From: Octopus vulgaris
Taxonomy: Eukaryota
Assembly (NCBI GenBank): GCA_951406725.2
Contig: OX597818.1
Coordinates: 65,038,001 to 65,102,000, forward strand
Length of the DNA stretch: 64,000 nt
Reading direction: 5' to 3'
The notes beneath the pieces are model-generated. The model made no database searches and was not told where the DNA came from. It saw nothing but the letters and a program-made list of their open reading frames with translations. Shown one piece after another: positions 25,930 to 39,949 of the stretch. The translations under genes and the position numbers were made by a program. Position 1 is the stretch's first letter; every line of letters begins with the position of its first letter.

Positions 25930-26950
25930 GCTGTTATATTTTAGAAAATTGTAACCACTCTATGTTCTGAGAACCTCGCTGACAAGTTGGTTATTTTAAA
26001 CAACGTGTTAAATACTTACAGTGCAGAAATTAGTAGCGTCATTTCATTGAAGGTAGTGAATTGGTTATATATTTAAATATATTTCTAGCTATTTTATCTT
26101 AGATTGCTCAAGGGATGTAGCCACGTCTCTTGAGAACCAAATAATGTTTGAAAATTAAAAATGGCTGGTCAAATTGTTGTTCGGTCTACGGAGGATTGCT
26201 CACATTTGTCCTGTTAGTGTTGCTTCTACATGGGTTTATGTATAAAATTAATTCAATTGCATGCGAATCCTGGTGTACAACGATAAATTTTGCTTTTGGG
26301 CATTTGTTGTATAGCTTCACTCGCGTCATCCTGAGTTGCAATGCTTGAGGTAAGTGGGAACATAGTGAGTATTAGTTGTCTAAATATTTAGAATTATTAC
26401 CTTTAAATCAAGGAGAATGATTTAATTATGCACGGATTTGCACTTCTTAGCGTGTACATGATTCGCAAGGAACGTGATACCAAAGAATACATGTTCTAAA
26501 TTGTGTTTGGGAAGTGGGAACACGGAATGATGTCACGCAACTTTTAGAAGTTCTTCTGTGTTTCAAGAAATGAGAAGAATCCATTTCTGCTTGAAGGCTT
26601 TCTACAAACCATGATGTAATGTTATCACTCAACTGTTGATTGCCAATGATAGAACATTATCGAATGAAGAGAATAATGTTGTAAATTAGGGAGGCCCTCG
26701 TTGTATTCCGCATTAGTTTAGAGTCGTCAATCAGTTGAAATGCTTCGTGTCAGGCAACACATGTTAGAATCTCACATTCAAAATTAACATTTAGGAAATA
26801 AGATTTCCTAACAAATAAATGCAATTCTTCTAGAACTAAATTGCCTAATTCAAATGAGAATGATAATGCGAAAGAATGAAATAAATTTAGTTGAATCAGA
26901 AGCAATTGCGTCTACCTTTTCTCTCAAAAGCCACAGGATTCATGTGGTTG
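25930..26950 (-). pseudogene. LRR ectodomain relic (TLR array member)
   Basis: LEELHL, EGLPNLQHYSLHS, LLDL/KGNNSKYL (frameshift), IELILYINPC and ARNIFKYIT. Confidence 0.45.
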
Positions 26951-27163
26951 GTGTCGTTCAATATAAAAAATTCACAGCTGGGAAAAATATTTCAGTTAAC
27001 TATTATTTATATTATTCATCATATGGGGAACATGTAGCTGTGTGGCTATGCAACTTGCTTTGCAGTCACGTGGTTTCGGATCCGGTCCTCTCTTAAGCAT
27101 GTCCCTTGTACGGTAGGCTTTTTAGCAGGCTTTTCAACGAAATATGCATGTATATTCGTCCTT

Positions 27164-27191
27164 TACATACATACATACATACATGCATACA

Positions 27192-27222
<31 letters not shown>

Positions 27223-27369
27223 CATACATACATACATACATACATACATACATACATACATACATACATACATACATACATACATACATACATACATACA
27301 TACATACATACATACATACATACATACATACATGCATACATTACATACATACATACATACATACATACA

Positions 27370-27400
<31 letters not shown>

Positions 27401-27427
27401 CATTACATACATACATACATACATACA

Positions 27428-27458
<31 letters not shown>

Positions 27459-27542
27459 CATACATACATACATACATACATACATTACATACATACATAC
27501 ATACATACATACATTACATACATACATACATACATACATACA

Positions 27543-27573
<31 letters not shown>

Positions 27574-27579
27574 CATACA

Positions 27580-27610
<31 letters not shown>

Positions 27611-27624
27611 CATACATGCATACA

Positions 27625-27655
<31 letters not shown>

Positions 27656-28036
27656 CATACATACATACATACATACATACATACATACATACATACATAC
27701 ATACATGCATACATTACATACATACATACATACATACATTACATACATACATACATACATACATACATTACATACATACATACATACACACATACATACA
27801 TGCATACATACATGCATACATACATACATACATACATACATACACACATACATACACACATACACACATACATACATGCATACATACATACATGCATACA
27901 TACATACATACATACATACATACATGCATACATACATACATACATACATACACACATAGATACATACATACATACATACCTACATACATACATACATACA
28001 TACCTACATACATACATACATACATACATGCATACA

Positions 28037-28067
<31 letters not shown>

Positions 28068-28100
28068 CATACATACATACATACATACATACATACATAC
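27164..28100. repeat. About 0.94-kb (TACA)n microsatellite with recurrent 3-bp phase shifts
   Basis: Directly visible; ACAT units interrupted by ACATT and GCAT variants. Confidence 0.97.
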
Positions 28101-28764
28101 GTATATATATATACAAAACTGCTTCAAAAACCCCAGCTTCTATATCCAGACTATGAATTCATATTCACACCTATAATAATTGGAGCATTAAGTTTTGTTA
28201 GTAAATGCTTAAAGGAGAATCTGGATTAACTGGGATTTTCAAACAGAGAAATCGTTCGGCTGATTCGTACATTACAAGTCTAAACTCTGAGTGGAACAGT
28301 AAAATTATGCAACACTTTTCTCAAGTTCCAAATGGGAATTTGTCTGTTTCAACTACATCCCTAAATGGAACCTTGTGTCTTTGTTGGAAATCGGCTCTCT
28401 CCTCAGAGGAAGATTTATAATAATTAAACAAATGGAAGAGACATGGTAGGACAAAAGAAACCGATATAATATGTATCAAATTTTAAAATAAGGACTGGGG
28501 TTAATCTGTTCCACTAAAATATTGCAGTGCGAGGAACCAGTCTTGCTGTAGGCCAATGTTTGAAAGAGGGAAAAAAGCTGAGAATCAAAGTTCAACAAGC
28601 GGAGACGACATTTACTTTGTTTACAATACATTTTAAAAGCATCGTCCAAGGGATAAGTTATCAACGCAGTTGATTTCAAATTAAGCGGAAACCCTCAATA
28701 AACTAGAGAAATGAATATATGATGTGGATTTATGACACAAAAAGTTATGACGGGTGAATTAATG

Positions 28765-29025
28765 ATTAGGGTATTTGACTTAAGCCGTCGAGTTCGATTC
28801 TTGGCGGCAGATTATATCCTTGGGCAAAACACTTTATTTCATGTGTCTGCAGTGAACTCAGCTGGGAAAAATCAGTTGAACATGTAATTCGAAAGTTCCA
28901 GCCTTGTCACATTCTTTGTCCTGTTGAATATCCCTGAGCACTACATGCGGATTGTTGAAAGGCTCACACGTTATTTTCACGAGCAGACCATTCTGTTCAC
29001 TGGTTTAAACCCAATCCCTCGTTGT
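28765..29025 (+). mobile_element. Degenerate tRNA-SINE
   Basis: GAGTTCGATTC B-box, TTGGGCAAAACACTTTATTTCA and a 3' part like the 32693 family. Confidence 0.65.
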
Positions 29026-30088
29026 GCTTACAAACGATGTTTCTGTTTCATAAAAGAATCACATTTTCACAATGCTCTGGATATTCTGCGTTTACATTAA
29101 AAAAAGTTTTAAACACAGTGGGATTTCATAACTATACATACATATACATGTATATCTTCTGTCTCTCTCTCTTTCTATCTTCTCTCTCTCTCTATCTCTT
29201 CTCATTTTCTCTCTCTTTATACACACACACATATTTATATATATACATACATATATATGTGTGTATGTATGTATGCATGTATGTTGGTATGTATGTATGT
29301 ATGTATGTATTTATGTTTGTATGTATGTATGAATGTATATATGTATGTATGTATAGATATGCATTTGGTTGCTTGCTGGAATGGTGCAGCACTGGTGATC
29401 GTACAGCAGCGGATTCAACGCTTCCAGAAAAAGGCAACCAGTTTGTATTCGAAGGAATGTAATTACGTGCCAAAATATTTAGCGTTATGTCGCATGCCCC
29501 CGGATCACTCCCTTAATGTTTTCTCTCCTTCAGCTCTTTGTATGAATTTAGAATTACTGTAAAACATAGTAAAATATAAATTATGCAGATAACGCTAGAC
29601 ATCAGAAATAAACCCACGGGGTATATAAAAGAGCAGAACTGCCACAGGATCTGCATTGTATGATTTGATGAATAGAAATTATCATAATTTTTTTAAACAA
29701 GAAATTGTTCGAGCTAATCCACTTTTGTAACAAGTAAATTTATGAGGTAACATATTCACTACCCTCTAGTGAGTTTATGCTTTAGTCAAATAATATCGAT
29801 TACTAAAGTAAGACTGTAGATAACAACATAAGCTGGCGTACACACATCATAAATACACACATTCCTTAAAGCAACCATTGGTTTCAAATAAAGAAAAGTG
29901 GGAAAATATCTTAATGGCTTAACAATGCTCGAAGCCGATCACACGGAGAAAGATATTCGCCTACTTTTCTTAACATGAAACAAATCGTAATCTTAGGACA
30001 CAATAAAGAAATTATATCCACCAATGCGGTGTTTTGGACTCATTTACATCGTTCGACATTTACGTAAATGCATATGTATATGTACATA

Positions 30089-30178
<90 letters not shown>

Positions 30179-30201
30179 TAGATAGATATATAGATAGATA
30201 T

Positions 30202-30266
<65 letters not shown>

Positions 30267-30268
<2 letters not shown>

Positions 30269-30590
30269 TTAATTATAATAAAGGGTTAATTGCAACAAGT
30301 TGCTCAATCGATTTCGTCTATAATTAATCCAAATAGGCTGGGATTTCGTTATTTTATTTCTCTTTGCCATATACGGGTTGCAAATTATGTTTGTTTGTGG
30401 AGACCTTTTTACTAGTAGGAGAAATGGTGACCTATTTGGATGCCATTTCTAATATTTTCGGTATTTGGTTTTGAGCAACTTGTTGCAATTAACCCTTTAT
30501 TATAATTAATATAATCCTTACCAAATATGGTCTTTTCCATACCGATAAAACTACTAGGTGAAATTTATTAATTTTATTAAATTAATTATA
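30267..30590. repeat. TA/GATA-embedded element with perfect 40-bp inverted repeats
   Basis: ATTAATTATAATAAAGGGTTAATTGCAACAAGTTGCTCAA (30268-30307) is inverted at 30472-30511. The tail resembles 44885-44960. Confidence 0.75.
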
Positions 30591-30605
30591 TTTCGCCCAT
30601 TTTAT

Positions 30606-30686
<81 letters not shown>

Positions 30687-30927
30687 GATATAGATATAGA
30701 TATGTTTGTGTGTGTGTGTTTATTTGTTTGGGGATTTTCTTTCTCCGTCTTCCCTTCTTTGGACTTTTTCTATAATTCTGATGCAGAGCTCCACTCGAAA
30801 TCTGAAATCCTCTTTTTTCTTTCCTCTCCTGGACGTCCAATAACACTGTACTTATTCCACGTCCTCGCCGCGTTGTTCGTTCTTGCTAGTTCAATTTTGG
30901 ATTGACTATATATATATATATATATAG

Positions 30928-31410
30928 TGGTCGACTAGAAAAGCTAAAACTTTATTCACTCCAACGTCGCCGTGAGCGCTACATCATCTGCAGGATGTGG
31001 AAAATATTCCATCAGCATTGCCCAAATGATGTTGGCATCACCTTTCAGGTACATCCAAGGCTTGGGCCCCGTGTCATCCGCCCAAAACAAAAATCGCACT
31101 CTCATCTCATAACAATACGGCACAATTATTTCACCTCAATTAGCCCCGCTCTCTTTAACATTAAACCAAAACACATTAAAAGAGAAACAGACTCTATAGG
31201 GTTCAAGAAGTCTTTGGACAGATTCCTTCAAGAAATCCCGGATAAACCTCCTACACCCGGATATGTCTCTGTAAACAATAACTCTCTACTTGAGTGGGCC
31301 ATAGTGCCCAAATTCTGACTTGAAAGACTTCACCAGGTGGTGCCATTAAGTTAAACATGGCCTAGGCCAATAATGGCCGAAAAATATCAAAGTATCAAAG
31401 TATCAAAGTA
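30928..31410 (+). mobile_element. 5'-truncated CR1-like LINE 3' end
   Basis: RLEKLKLYSLQRRRERYIIC.MWKI...ALFNI.PKHIK...FKKSLDRFLQEIPDKP; (AAAGTATC)n tail; flanked by (TA)n. Confidence 0.9.
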
Positions 31411-31418
31411 TATATATG

Positions 31419-31512
<94 letters not shown>

Positions 31513-31599
31513 TAATTAATATTTAATTAATAATTAATTCATTCACTAATTAATATTTAAACGAAGCTTGAGCCAATCAGCGAGAATTCTGCAGTATTG

Positions 31600-31990
31600 C
31601 GAGTGAATGTTTACCACTCATTACACATATTTCACAATTGTCATTTTTCTTGTCAACAGGGAAAAAAGAAACTTAATTGCAACATGTCACTTAAAAGCAC
31701 TTATGTATCACAAAGAATACCGAATTGTCTCCAGTTTCAATGCAGTTTATTTCTCCGACACAAATGTTTGCAACATATTAGAGAAGAGTAGGTGTGAAAT
31801 ACAAAGCAAGAAAAATCTAACAATAAATTGACGTTAATGAGTAGGTTGTTAATAAAAGAGTTTTTAAATACATTCACTTGGGTATAATAGAGAATATTTC
31901 AAATGAGGAAAAAAGTTCTTGATGCCTCCTTGAAGATGACAAAATTTTGGAATATATATTCTATGTAGGATAATTTTGAGCAGAATATTA
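31600..31990 (-). pseudogene. LRR relic (TLR array member)
   Basis: KLSYIEYIFQNFVIFKE, FPHLKY, FKNSFINNL and EINCIETG. Confidence 0.4.
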
Positions 31991-32102
31991 AAATACGTCT
32001 GTCTGTCTGTCGGTCTGTCTATTTATCAACCTATCTGTTTATCAATTTGCCCATCTCTAAATCTCTGTACGTATCTGCATATATATATATATATATATAT
32101 AT

Positions 32103-32180
<78 letters not shown>

Positions 32181-32270
32181 GAGTGTATTCTAACCTTGTT
32201 AACAATTAACACGGAAAAATATTTGATTTTCACCTGCGTTAAACTCCATGTATTTATTCATATATATATA

Positions 32271-32381
<111 letters not shown>

Positions 32382-32481
32382 GCGAGAGCAACTGTTTTAT
32401 CGAAAGCGTATATTGTTGTTATACGCGAAAGAGTAATGGAATGTGGTGTAGAAGGCAAAGTTGAAGATGAGAAGAAAAGGT

Positions 32482-32534
<53 letters not shown>

Positions 32535-32692
32535 GACAGAGACAGAGAGAGAGAGTAGCTGAAGAGTAAGAGACAGTTTCAGGATTTAAGATGTGATATC
32601 AAGCTAGAATCGTTCTTTTAAGTTTAACGCTGACATAGTTACCACGTTCGAATACAAAACATTGTTCTCTACATCGTACACGCGTTGTTTAA

Positions 32693-33075
32693 GGAGGCGC
32701 AATGGCCCAGTGGTTAGGGCAGCGGACTCGCGGTCATAGGATCGCGGTTTCGATTCCCAGACCGGGCGTTGTGAGTGTTTATTGAGCGAAAACACCTAAA
32801 GCTCCACGAGGCTCCGGCAGGGATGGTGGTGAACCCTGCTGTACTCTTTCACCACAACTTTCTCTCACTCTTACTTCCTGTTTCTGTTGTACCTGTATTT
32901 CAAAGGGCCGGCCTTGTCACTCTCTGTGTCACGCTGAATATCCCCGAGAACTACGTTAAGGGTACACGTGTCTGTGGAGTGCTCAGCCACTTACACGTTA
33001 ATTTCACGAGCGGGCTGTTCCGTTGATTCGGATCAACCAGAACCCTCGTCGTCGTAACCGACGGAGTGCTTCCAC
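32693..33075 (+). mobile_element. Full-length tRNA-derived SINE with 13-bp TSD
   Basis: A-box TGGCCCAGTGG, B-box GGTTTCGATTCC; TSD ACACGCGTTGTTT at 32678-32690 and 33076-33088. Confidence 0.92.
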
Positions 33076-33289
33076 ACACGCGTTGTTTCATCGGACGAAA
33101 CGTTTAACATTTACTTTTTTTTTTTTGTATTTTTCTTTCATGTTCTTTTCGAGGTTCTGAGATCAAATCATGTCTCGGACAAGTTTGTATTACATAAGTG
33201 TTCTCACCTTATTCGAAAATTGGAAACAATTTTCAGTATTGTTTGTGGATCGGATGTGGCATTTGGCGGGATGTTCTCAGTTTTTTCTT

Positions 33290-33490
33290 TTATTTGTTTC
33301 AGTCATTTTTCTGCGGCCATGCTTGAGCACTGCCTTTGGTCCATCAAATCGACCCCAGAACGTATTCTTTGTAAGCCTATTACTTATTCTATCGGTCTCT
33401 TTTTCCAAACCACTAAGTTATGGGGGGGGGGGGGCTAAACACACCACCACCATAGGTTGTCAAGTGATGTGCAGAGGGAGCACAAACATA
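33290..33490 (-). mobile_element. Degenerate SINE 3' part (33813 family)
   Basis: TTGTTTCAGTCATT..CTGCGGCCATGCT.GAGCAC..TACTTATTCTATCGGTCTCTTTT. Confidence 0.75.
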
Positions 33491-33500
33491 TACATGTACA

Positions 33501-33557
<57 letters not shown>

Positions 33558-33812
33558 CTAACATGTTAGAGTATGATAGAAGGATAAGAATCGATGTAAC
33601 GTCTAGGATACTGACCAGATTCTTTCTTATATTTCATCTGTTTCTCGGCACTGTTACGTAACAAAGTTTCAGTTTGAATTACGTTTCCTATGAACAATTC
33701 TAGAATGGAAAACCAGGTAGGAAATGAACCTAACAAAGTCCTTCGTAGAAAAGTGGTACAAATACGTACACACACAAATGTAGACACACACACACACACC
33801 TACGTACATACT

Positions 33813-34207
33813 CTTTACTCTTTTACTCTTTTACTTGTTTCAGTCATTTGACTGCGGCCATGCTGGAGCACCGCCTTTAGTCGAACAACTCGACCCCGGG
33901 ACTTATTCTTTTTGTAAGCCCAGTACTTATTCTATCGGTCTCTTTTGCCGAACCGCTAAGTAACGGGGACATAAACACACCAGCATCGGTTGTCAAGCAA
34001 TGCTAGGGGGACAAACACAGACACACAAACAAACACACATACATATATACGACAGGCTTCTTTCAGTTTCCTTCTACCAAATCCACTCACAAGGCATTGG
34101 TCGGCCCGGGGCTATAGCAGAAGACACTTGCCCAAGATGCCACGCAGTGGGACTGAACCCGGAAAGATGTAGTTGGTTAGCAAGCTACTTACCACACAGC
34201 CACTCCT
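33813..34207 (-). mobile_element. Full-length tRNA-derived SINE with CORE-like region and CR1-like 3' tail
   Basis: Head AGGAGTGGCTGTGTGGTAAG..GGTTCAGTCCC, TTGGGCAAGTGTCTT, internal (TG)n, tail GGCGGTGCTCCAGCATGGCCGCAGTCAAATGACTGAAAC + (AGTAAAAG)n. Confidence 0.9.
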
Positions 34208-34650
34208 ACATATATATTAATATTTCTTACCTCATGAAAACTAAACTTTACAAATTATATTATTTTCAAGCTGAGGAATATAAAAATATGTGGATACGAA
34301 ATAAAATACCAAAATCAGATAAAGAATGGCATCATGGCCTGATTTATTTTTATAACACATAGTATTAAAAACACACGCGCGCGCGCACACATACTAACAC
34401 ACACTAGTACTCAAACCCTCGCACATGAACAAACAAAAGTATTATCATACGCACAAGCACACAGATATATATGTGCGTGTGTACGTATTTGTGTTTGAGC
34501 GTGTGTATGTGTATATGTATACATATACCTATACAAAAAATTTTGTTAAGAAAACTCAATACATGTAAACTATATACATATACAATATATATATATATGT
34601 GTATTTATATATGCACATATGTGTGTGTGTGTGTGTATGTTTGTGTGTAT

Positions 34651-34697
<47 letters not shown>

Positions 34698-34731
34698 GTA
34701 TGTATATCTTATAATATGTGTCTATTTGTAC

Positions 34732-34769
<38 letters not shown>

Positions 34770-35652
34770 GTATGTACATATATGTACGTATATCTTATAA
34801 TGTGTCTATTTGTAGTTTGTGGTGGAGAGAGGCTTCTGTTCATCCATTTTCAAATGTTTTCTCGGATTATTTTTCATTATTTTCATTCACATTTTATTGT
34901 ATCATTCTTTCACATTCTTTCCTCTTTCTCTATCCTGTTCTCTCTCTCTCTCTCTCACACTCTCTTTCTTTCTTTATTTGCAATATTCCATCCATAAATG
35001 ACATTTTTATTTCTCCCTGTTTCCCTATTTTAGCCTAATCTCTTACTACCACACAACCCTTCGTTCATTTATGCAGTTATCTCTATGTACGTACACTTTC
35101 CTATAAAAACAAACTCTTCATTAATGTTTATACTGAGAAAAATGACGATTGGATTCTAACTTTTACTTCCTGTTTTCATTTTATGGGCGCAGCAATAGAT
35201 CAAAGAATGTTCGAGATATCTTATTAGCATTTTCTTATAATCACAAACAGGTATAAATACATACATCTCACCAAAAGCAGAGACGCACATACACACATAC
35301 ATGCAAACAAATACACATATATAGGAAGATATAAACGCACTCTCAACTACATGTATATCTCGATATATTTACATATAATTATACAAAAATACATATACAA
35401 ACACAGCAAAAAAGTTCTGTGTGTCTTCTTCCTTCGTTTGTGTTTTGTGAGTGTGTGTGTATAAATGTGAGTTTAATTTCCAATAAACACACACGTATAT
35501 CTATTTGCATACATGCACATATATATATTTATGTATATACATGCATGCATATATATATGTATATATATATATACACATACATATAGATGCATAAATATAT
35601 GTGTGTGTGTGTGTACATATTAGTATGTATATATATGTATAAATATATATAT

Positions 35653-35710
<58 letters not shown>

Positions 35711-35715
35711 ATATA

Positions 35716-35747
<32 letters not shown>

Positions 35748-36404
35748 CATATGCATATGCATTGAGTATATATGTATATATATATTATAATATATGCGTA
35801 TACTTACTGTTGCATATGTTTATCTACACTTTTCGATTGTGTGCGTGTCGCCGTGTGCTTATTATTTTATGAGACAAAATATATACATTTTTTTGGGTAC
35901 AAAATCTTACTGGAGTCTTTTAAAGCCTACATCAAACTTCTCGTTTGAATGTATTAAAGATTACAGAAAGCGATGAAGTTTTACTTGATGTCTTTCTCAC
36001 TAAATTATTTTCGTCGAAGTAATTGAGTGTTTTCCTATGATTTCCTGAGTGTGTTTATATCAATGTGTGATTGCTTGTGTGGTGTATGTGTACGCCGGTG
36101 TGTGTTAGAATGTGTGTATATGGATGTAAATATATAAGTGTTTGTGGTGTGCGTTTGATGCGTGTTTTAAGGGAATTTTATGCAAAACTGAATAAAGTAC
36201 TGACTTTTATGCAAGAATGTCTGAGATCTTCAAAAGTATAAAACCTTGGCGAGTTATATTATGGCATAGAAACGACCGAATATTGTACAAAAAAAAAAAA
36301 AGTGGCCTTTAAAGAAAGGTTTCAAAGATGGCAATGTTGCTAAAATTAATGTTTGATATAAAAACCACAAGTAAAAAAGAATATTTTTTTATGAAAATAA
36401 CATC

Positions 36405-36466
36405 AACAACAACGACAAAAAACAACTAGAATAACAACAACAACAACGATGATGATGATGATGATG

Positions 36467-36560
<94 letters not shown>

Positions 36561-36589
36561 TGATAATGATGATGATGATGATGATGATG

Positions 36590-36636
<47 letters not shown>

Positions 36637-36652
36637 AACAGCAACAACAACA
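36405..36652. repeat. Compound (AAC)/(GAT)/(AAT)n microsatellite
   Basis: Directly visible. Confidence 0.95.
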
Positions 36653-36762
36653 ATTTCGGTGTATTTGCCACAAGGTCGATGATGGAATTAGACAATATAT
36701 TTACACGTTTCAAAAATAACATCAGAGTGTTTACATAGAAAGCGGAGAAGAGGTATATATGT

Positions 36763-36797
<35 letters not shown>

Positions 36798-36869
36798 CAC
36801 GCATCCACACACACACACGCAAACACACATACTATACATGCATATATATGTATGTATATATATGTGTGC

Positions 36870-36931
<62 letters not shown>

Positions 36932-37274
36932 ACATGCATACAGACACATACACATATATAAATATATTCTTTCATTCGTTTCAGGCATGAAGATGCAGTC
37001 ATGCTGGAGCACCACCGTGGTCTTGCTATGTTCCTCAGGCTGGAGGGTTTCTCCTCGATACCCCTGTATGTGCCTGTTGGCCCATTTGGTGTATGAGGAG
37101 GTTTGATTCTGCTACATTCGTCTCTACCTCATGTCGTGCCGTTGGTGCATCCGGTATTGTGGAGAGGGGGATGACTACTTTTTGAAACATGTACGTCCAC
37201 ACGTCGTTTTCTCAATATTTGTGACAGGGTATTGGATATTTGTAAGCCTTTGAACACTAGTTTGTTGCAGTGCC

Positions 37275-38165
37275 TAGTCCGAACAGATAACGACAGAGAA
37301 GAAACCGTGCTTCGCATGGAATTACATGGTCAGTTCCACAGTGAAACTAACAACTTAAAGGACCAGGAAGCATCATGGAGTTGGCTCAGCAAGGGCGACC
37401 TAAAAAAGAATCCTGGAATTCTAATCATCGCTGCTTAGGCTCCAGCATTGCATACCAACTCAGTGAATAGGGATATATACGCCACAGGTGCAACGAACCT
37501 CTGCAGAATGTGTGGGAAGAGGGTGGAAAGCCTGACGCACATTGTTAGTGTTTGTGAAAGTTTTGCACAGAAAGAGTACAAGTGTAGACACAACAAGGTA
37601 GACGAAAACCTACATTGGCTACTATGCTGGAATTATGGATGTGAGGTAACGAGTGCGTGGTGCAAAGATACACCGGAAAAGGTAATTGACAAAAAGGGAA
37701 AGGGAAACGTCCTCTGGGACCTTGATTTCCAGACAGACAAGGTGTTAGATCACCGAAGGCCGGTTATCGTAACCTTTAGGAGGGAAAAACAAGAGTTCCT
37801 AATAATTGACGTTGCAGTCACAGAAGATCAACATAACATGAAAGATATTTATAAATATGGAAACCTGAGAATTGAGATCGCTAAGATGTGGTAACTACGA
37901 GAGTCAAACATAAATGTTGTCCCTTTTGTCATCGGGGCATTGAGTTCAATAATTCCGAAGCTGAAGAAAACTTCGGGAAACTTTAGAAACACCCTTCAAT
38001 CAAAGTGTATTGCCAATAGCGGTTTTAACTTGGAACTGCATACGTTTTACATAACGTATTCTCTCTCTGAGGTCTTTGTTTTGACTTGACAAACAGTACA
38101 AACCCCGGTAGACACAGTATCTTCAATCAAAAACATCACGATATTGGATACTGTGTGAGGTCTTA
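37275..38165 (+). mobile_element. R4/Dong-like (RLE-type) non-LTR retrotransposon 3' fragment 1
   Basis: LHGQF...SWSWLSKGDLK, CCHC knuckle CRMCGKRVESLTHIVSVC, RHN, LWD..QTD...RP..V...IIDVAV. Confidence 0.9.
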
Positions 38166-38213
38166 AATAATAGTAACAATAACAACAATAACAACAGCAA
38201 CAACAATAATAAT

Positions 38214-39003
38214 GCGACGGTGGCTATGGATGAGAAGGAGTGACTTGAATATAGAGACAGAAGCACTTATATAATATATACAGCTCAAGAACAAGCATTA
38301 AGGATCAGCTATGTGAAGTGAAGTATAGACAACACTACCGACACCGACAAGTGCAGAATGTATGGTGAGAGGTGTGAAACCTCATGGCACATCATTAGCG
38401 AATGTCCAAAATTGGCATAACGCGAATACAAATGATGACATGACAATGCGACAAGAATGATCCGTTGGTAGCTCTGTGGAAACCAGAGCCTACAAAGGGC
38501 AAAGACGTGGTATGAGTAAATCCCAGAAGGTGTCACCGAGGATAAGAATTGCAAAATCCTGTGGGATGCAATGATTCAGTGCGATCACATGACCAGACAT
38601 CAGAAATCGGATATTGTTTCGATGAATAAAAAAAAAGGAGAAGCTGCATGATAATCGACATAGCTTGCCCGGATGACGACAGGTTCAAAGAGAAAGAAGG
38701 AGAAAATTTAAACAACTATGGCAATTTTAAGTGGGAAAATACCCAAGGTTGTGGTCAATGTGGAGAGTAGACGTGATACCAAAAAGTAATTGGCGCACTT
38801 GGGAGTATCAGCGCTCAACCATCAACATGGTGGGAAAAGATTGGTGCAAATGTGAAGGTAGAACACCTAGAAAAATCAGCATTGCTTTGAACTGCAAGAA
38901 TTCTTCACAGGGTTATTGAAGCATGACCAGTTAACAAGCGTCTCCTTGAAAGCATGATGCTTTCCATCATACCCAGCAAAATAAGCTGTGATATTTTATC
39001 ACC

Positions 39004-39004
<1 letters not shown>
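38214..39004 (+). mobile_element. R4/Dong-like 3' fragment 2
   Basis: WLWMRRSDLNIETEAL..AQEQAL..KCRMYGERCETSWHIISECPKLA..KILWDAMIQCDH..IIDIACP; ends in (AAT)n. Confidence 0.9.
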
Positions 39005-39038
<34 letters not shown>

Positions 39039-39039
<1 letters not shown>

Positions 39040-39620
39040 AAAAGGAGTCATGAGAACGTAGCTAATTATGTCCATTGGACATTAATGAAGCAGTATGGTC
39101 TTGAGAGGACAGTAAAATAGCATGTGTGTAACCAAGAAGGAGTCTTCGAGAATAATGAGTACAACCTCTTTATAAGAGTGATTCAGTGATTGATGATCTG
39201 AGGGAAGACATGGTTGAAGTTGTAAAAATGCAGAAGGAAACCTCGATCATTAGTATTGCCATAGTATGAGATGCATGGGTGGATGATAAAGAACTAGAAA
39301 ATATTGACAAGTATAATCCACTGAAGTATGAGACTGCACGAATGGGGGCAATGGAGACAGTAAATGTCATCCCAGTAGTTGTAGGGTTTTTCTTTACAGC
39401 CCCAACAGCAACGGGGTTGACAAATTTCTTAGAGAAATTAGGATTTACATGATGGTGGAATATGATCAGAAAACTACTTTATTGGGAACAACGAAGATTT
39501 TGATATTGGTATTTGGATGCTAATTACCGTCGTATGTGGCCCTGTGAGATCCTTGACAACAGGCTGTTGTCCTTTCTTAAAAATGTAACATGAGCAAGAG
39601 TATTTTAAAACTCTGAGATG
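39039..39620 (+). mobile_element. R4/Dong-like 3' fragment 3
   Basis: YKRSHENVANYVHW...KELENIDKYNPLKYETARM...VIPVVVG...LLGTTKIL; starts directly after (AAT)n. Confidence 0.8.
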
Positions 39621-39949
39621 CGAAAGGAAAATAAAAGTAAAAGTTTGTCGAATTGAAAGTAGGAAAGAAGAAATATCACAAAGTATAAAGTTATATAAAA
39701 GTGTTCAGGAAGATAAGGAGTGGAATGTTGATCGGCAAAGTGGCAGGGTGGTACCTATGGCGTTGTTAATGGTTATTTTCTTGATTGCAGTATCGATGTC
39801 AATTTACTGCACTTGGAAACCGCCATTAAGTAATCGATTCTTCGGGTGTTTTCAGGTAAAATTTATTTATTTTTTTTTTAAGATAATAGACAAATCTCGA
39901 TTGGTAGAGTAATGGCATTTCACATTTTACTGATTAGTATAATTAAGCA

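Noticed and set aside
27106-28176. 356-aa ORF (HTYI repeats) and the many YIYI/CVCV/poly-D ORFs elsewhere
   Set aside because: Translations of (TACA)n, (TA)n, (CA)n and trinucleotide microsatellites with no coding signal.
28150-30050. Further LRR-like peptides (LDDAFK, CRLRLLNFD, LNILARNYIP)
   Set aside because: Compatible with the TLR array but too weak individually to list as features.
32693-32775. Possible tRNA gene (also 15310-15390)
   Set aside because: A and B boxes are present but the sequence continues into a SINE body with a TSD; no proper acceptor stem or terminator.
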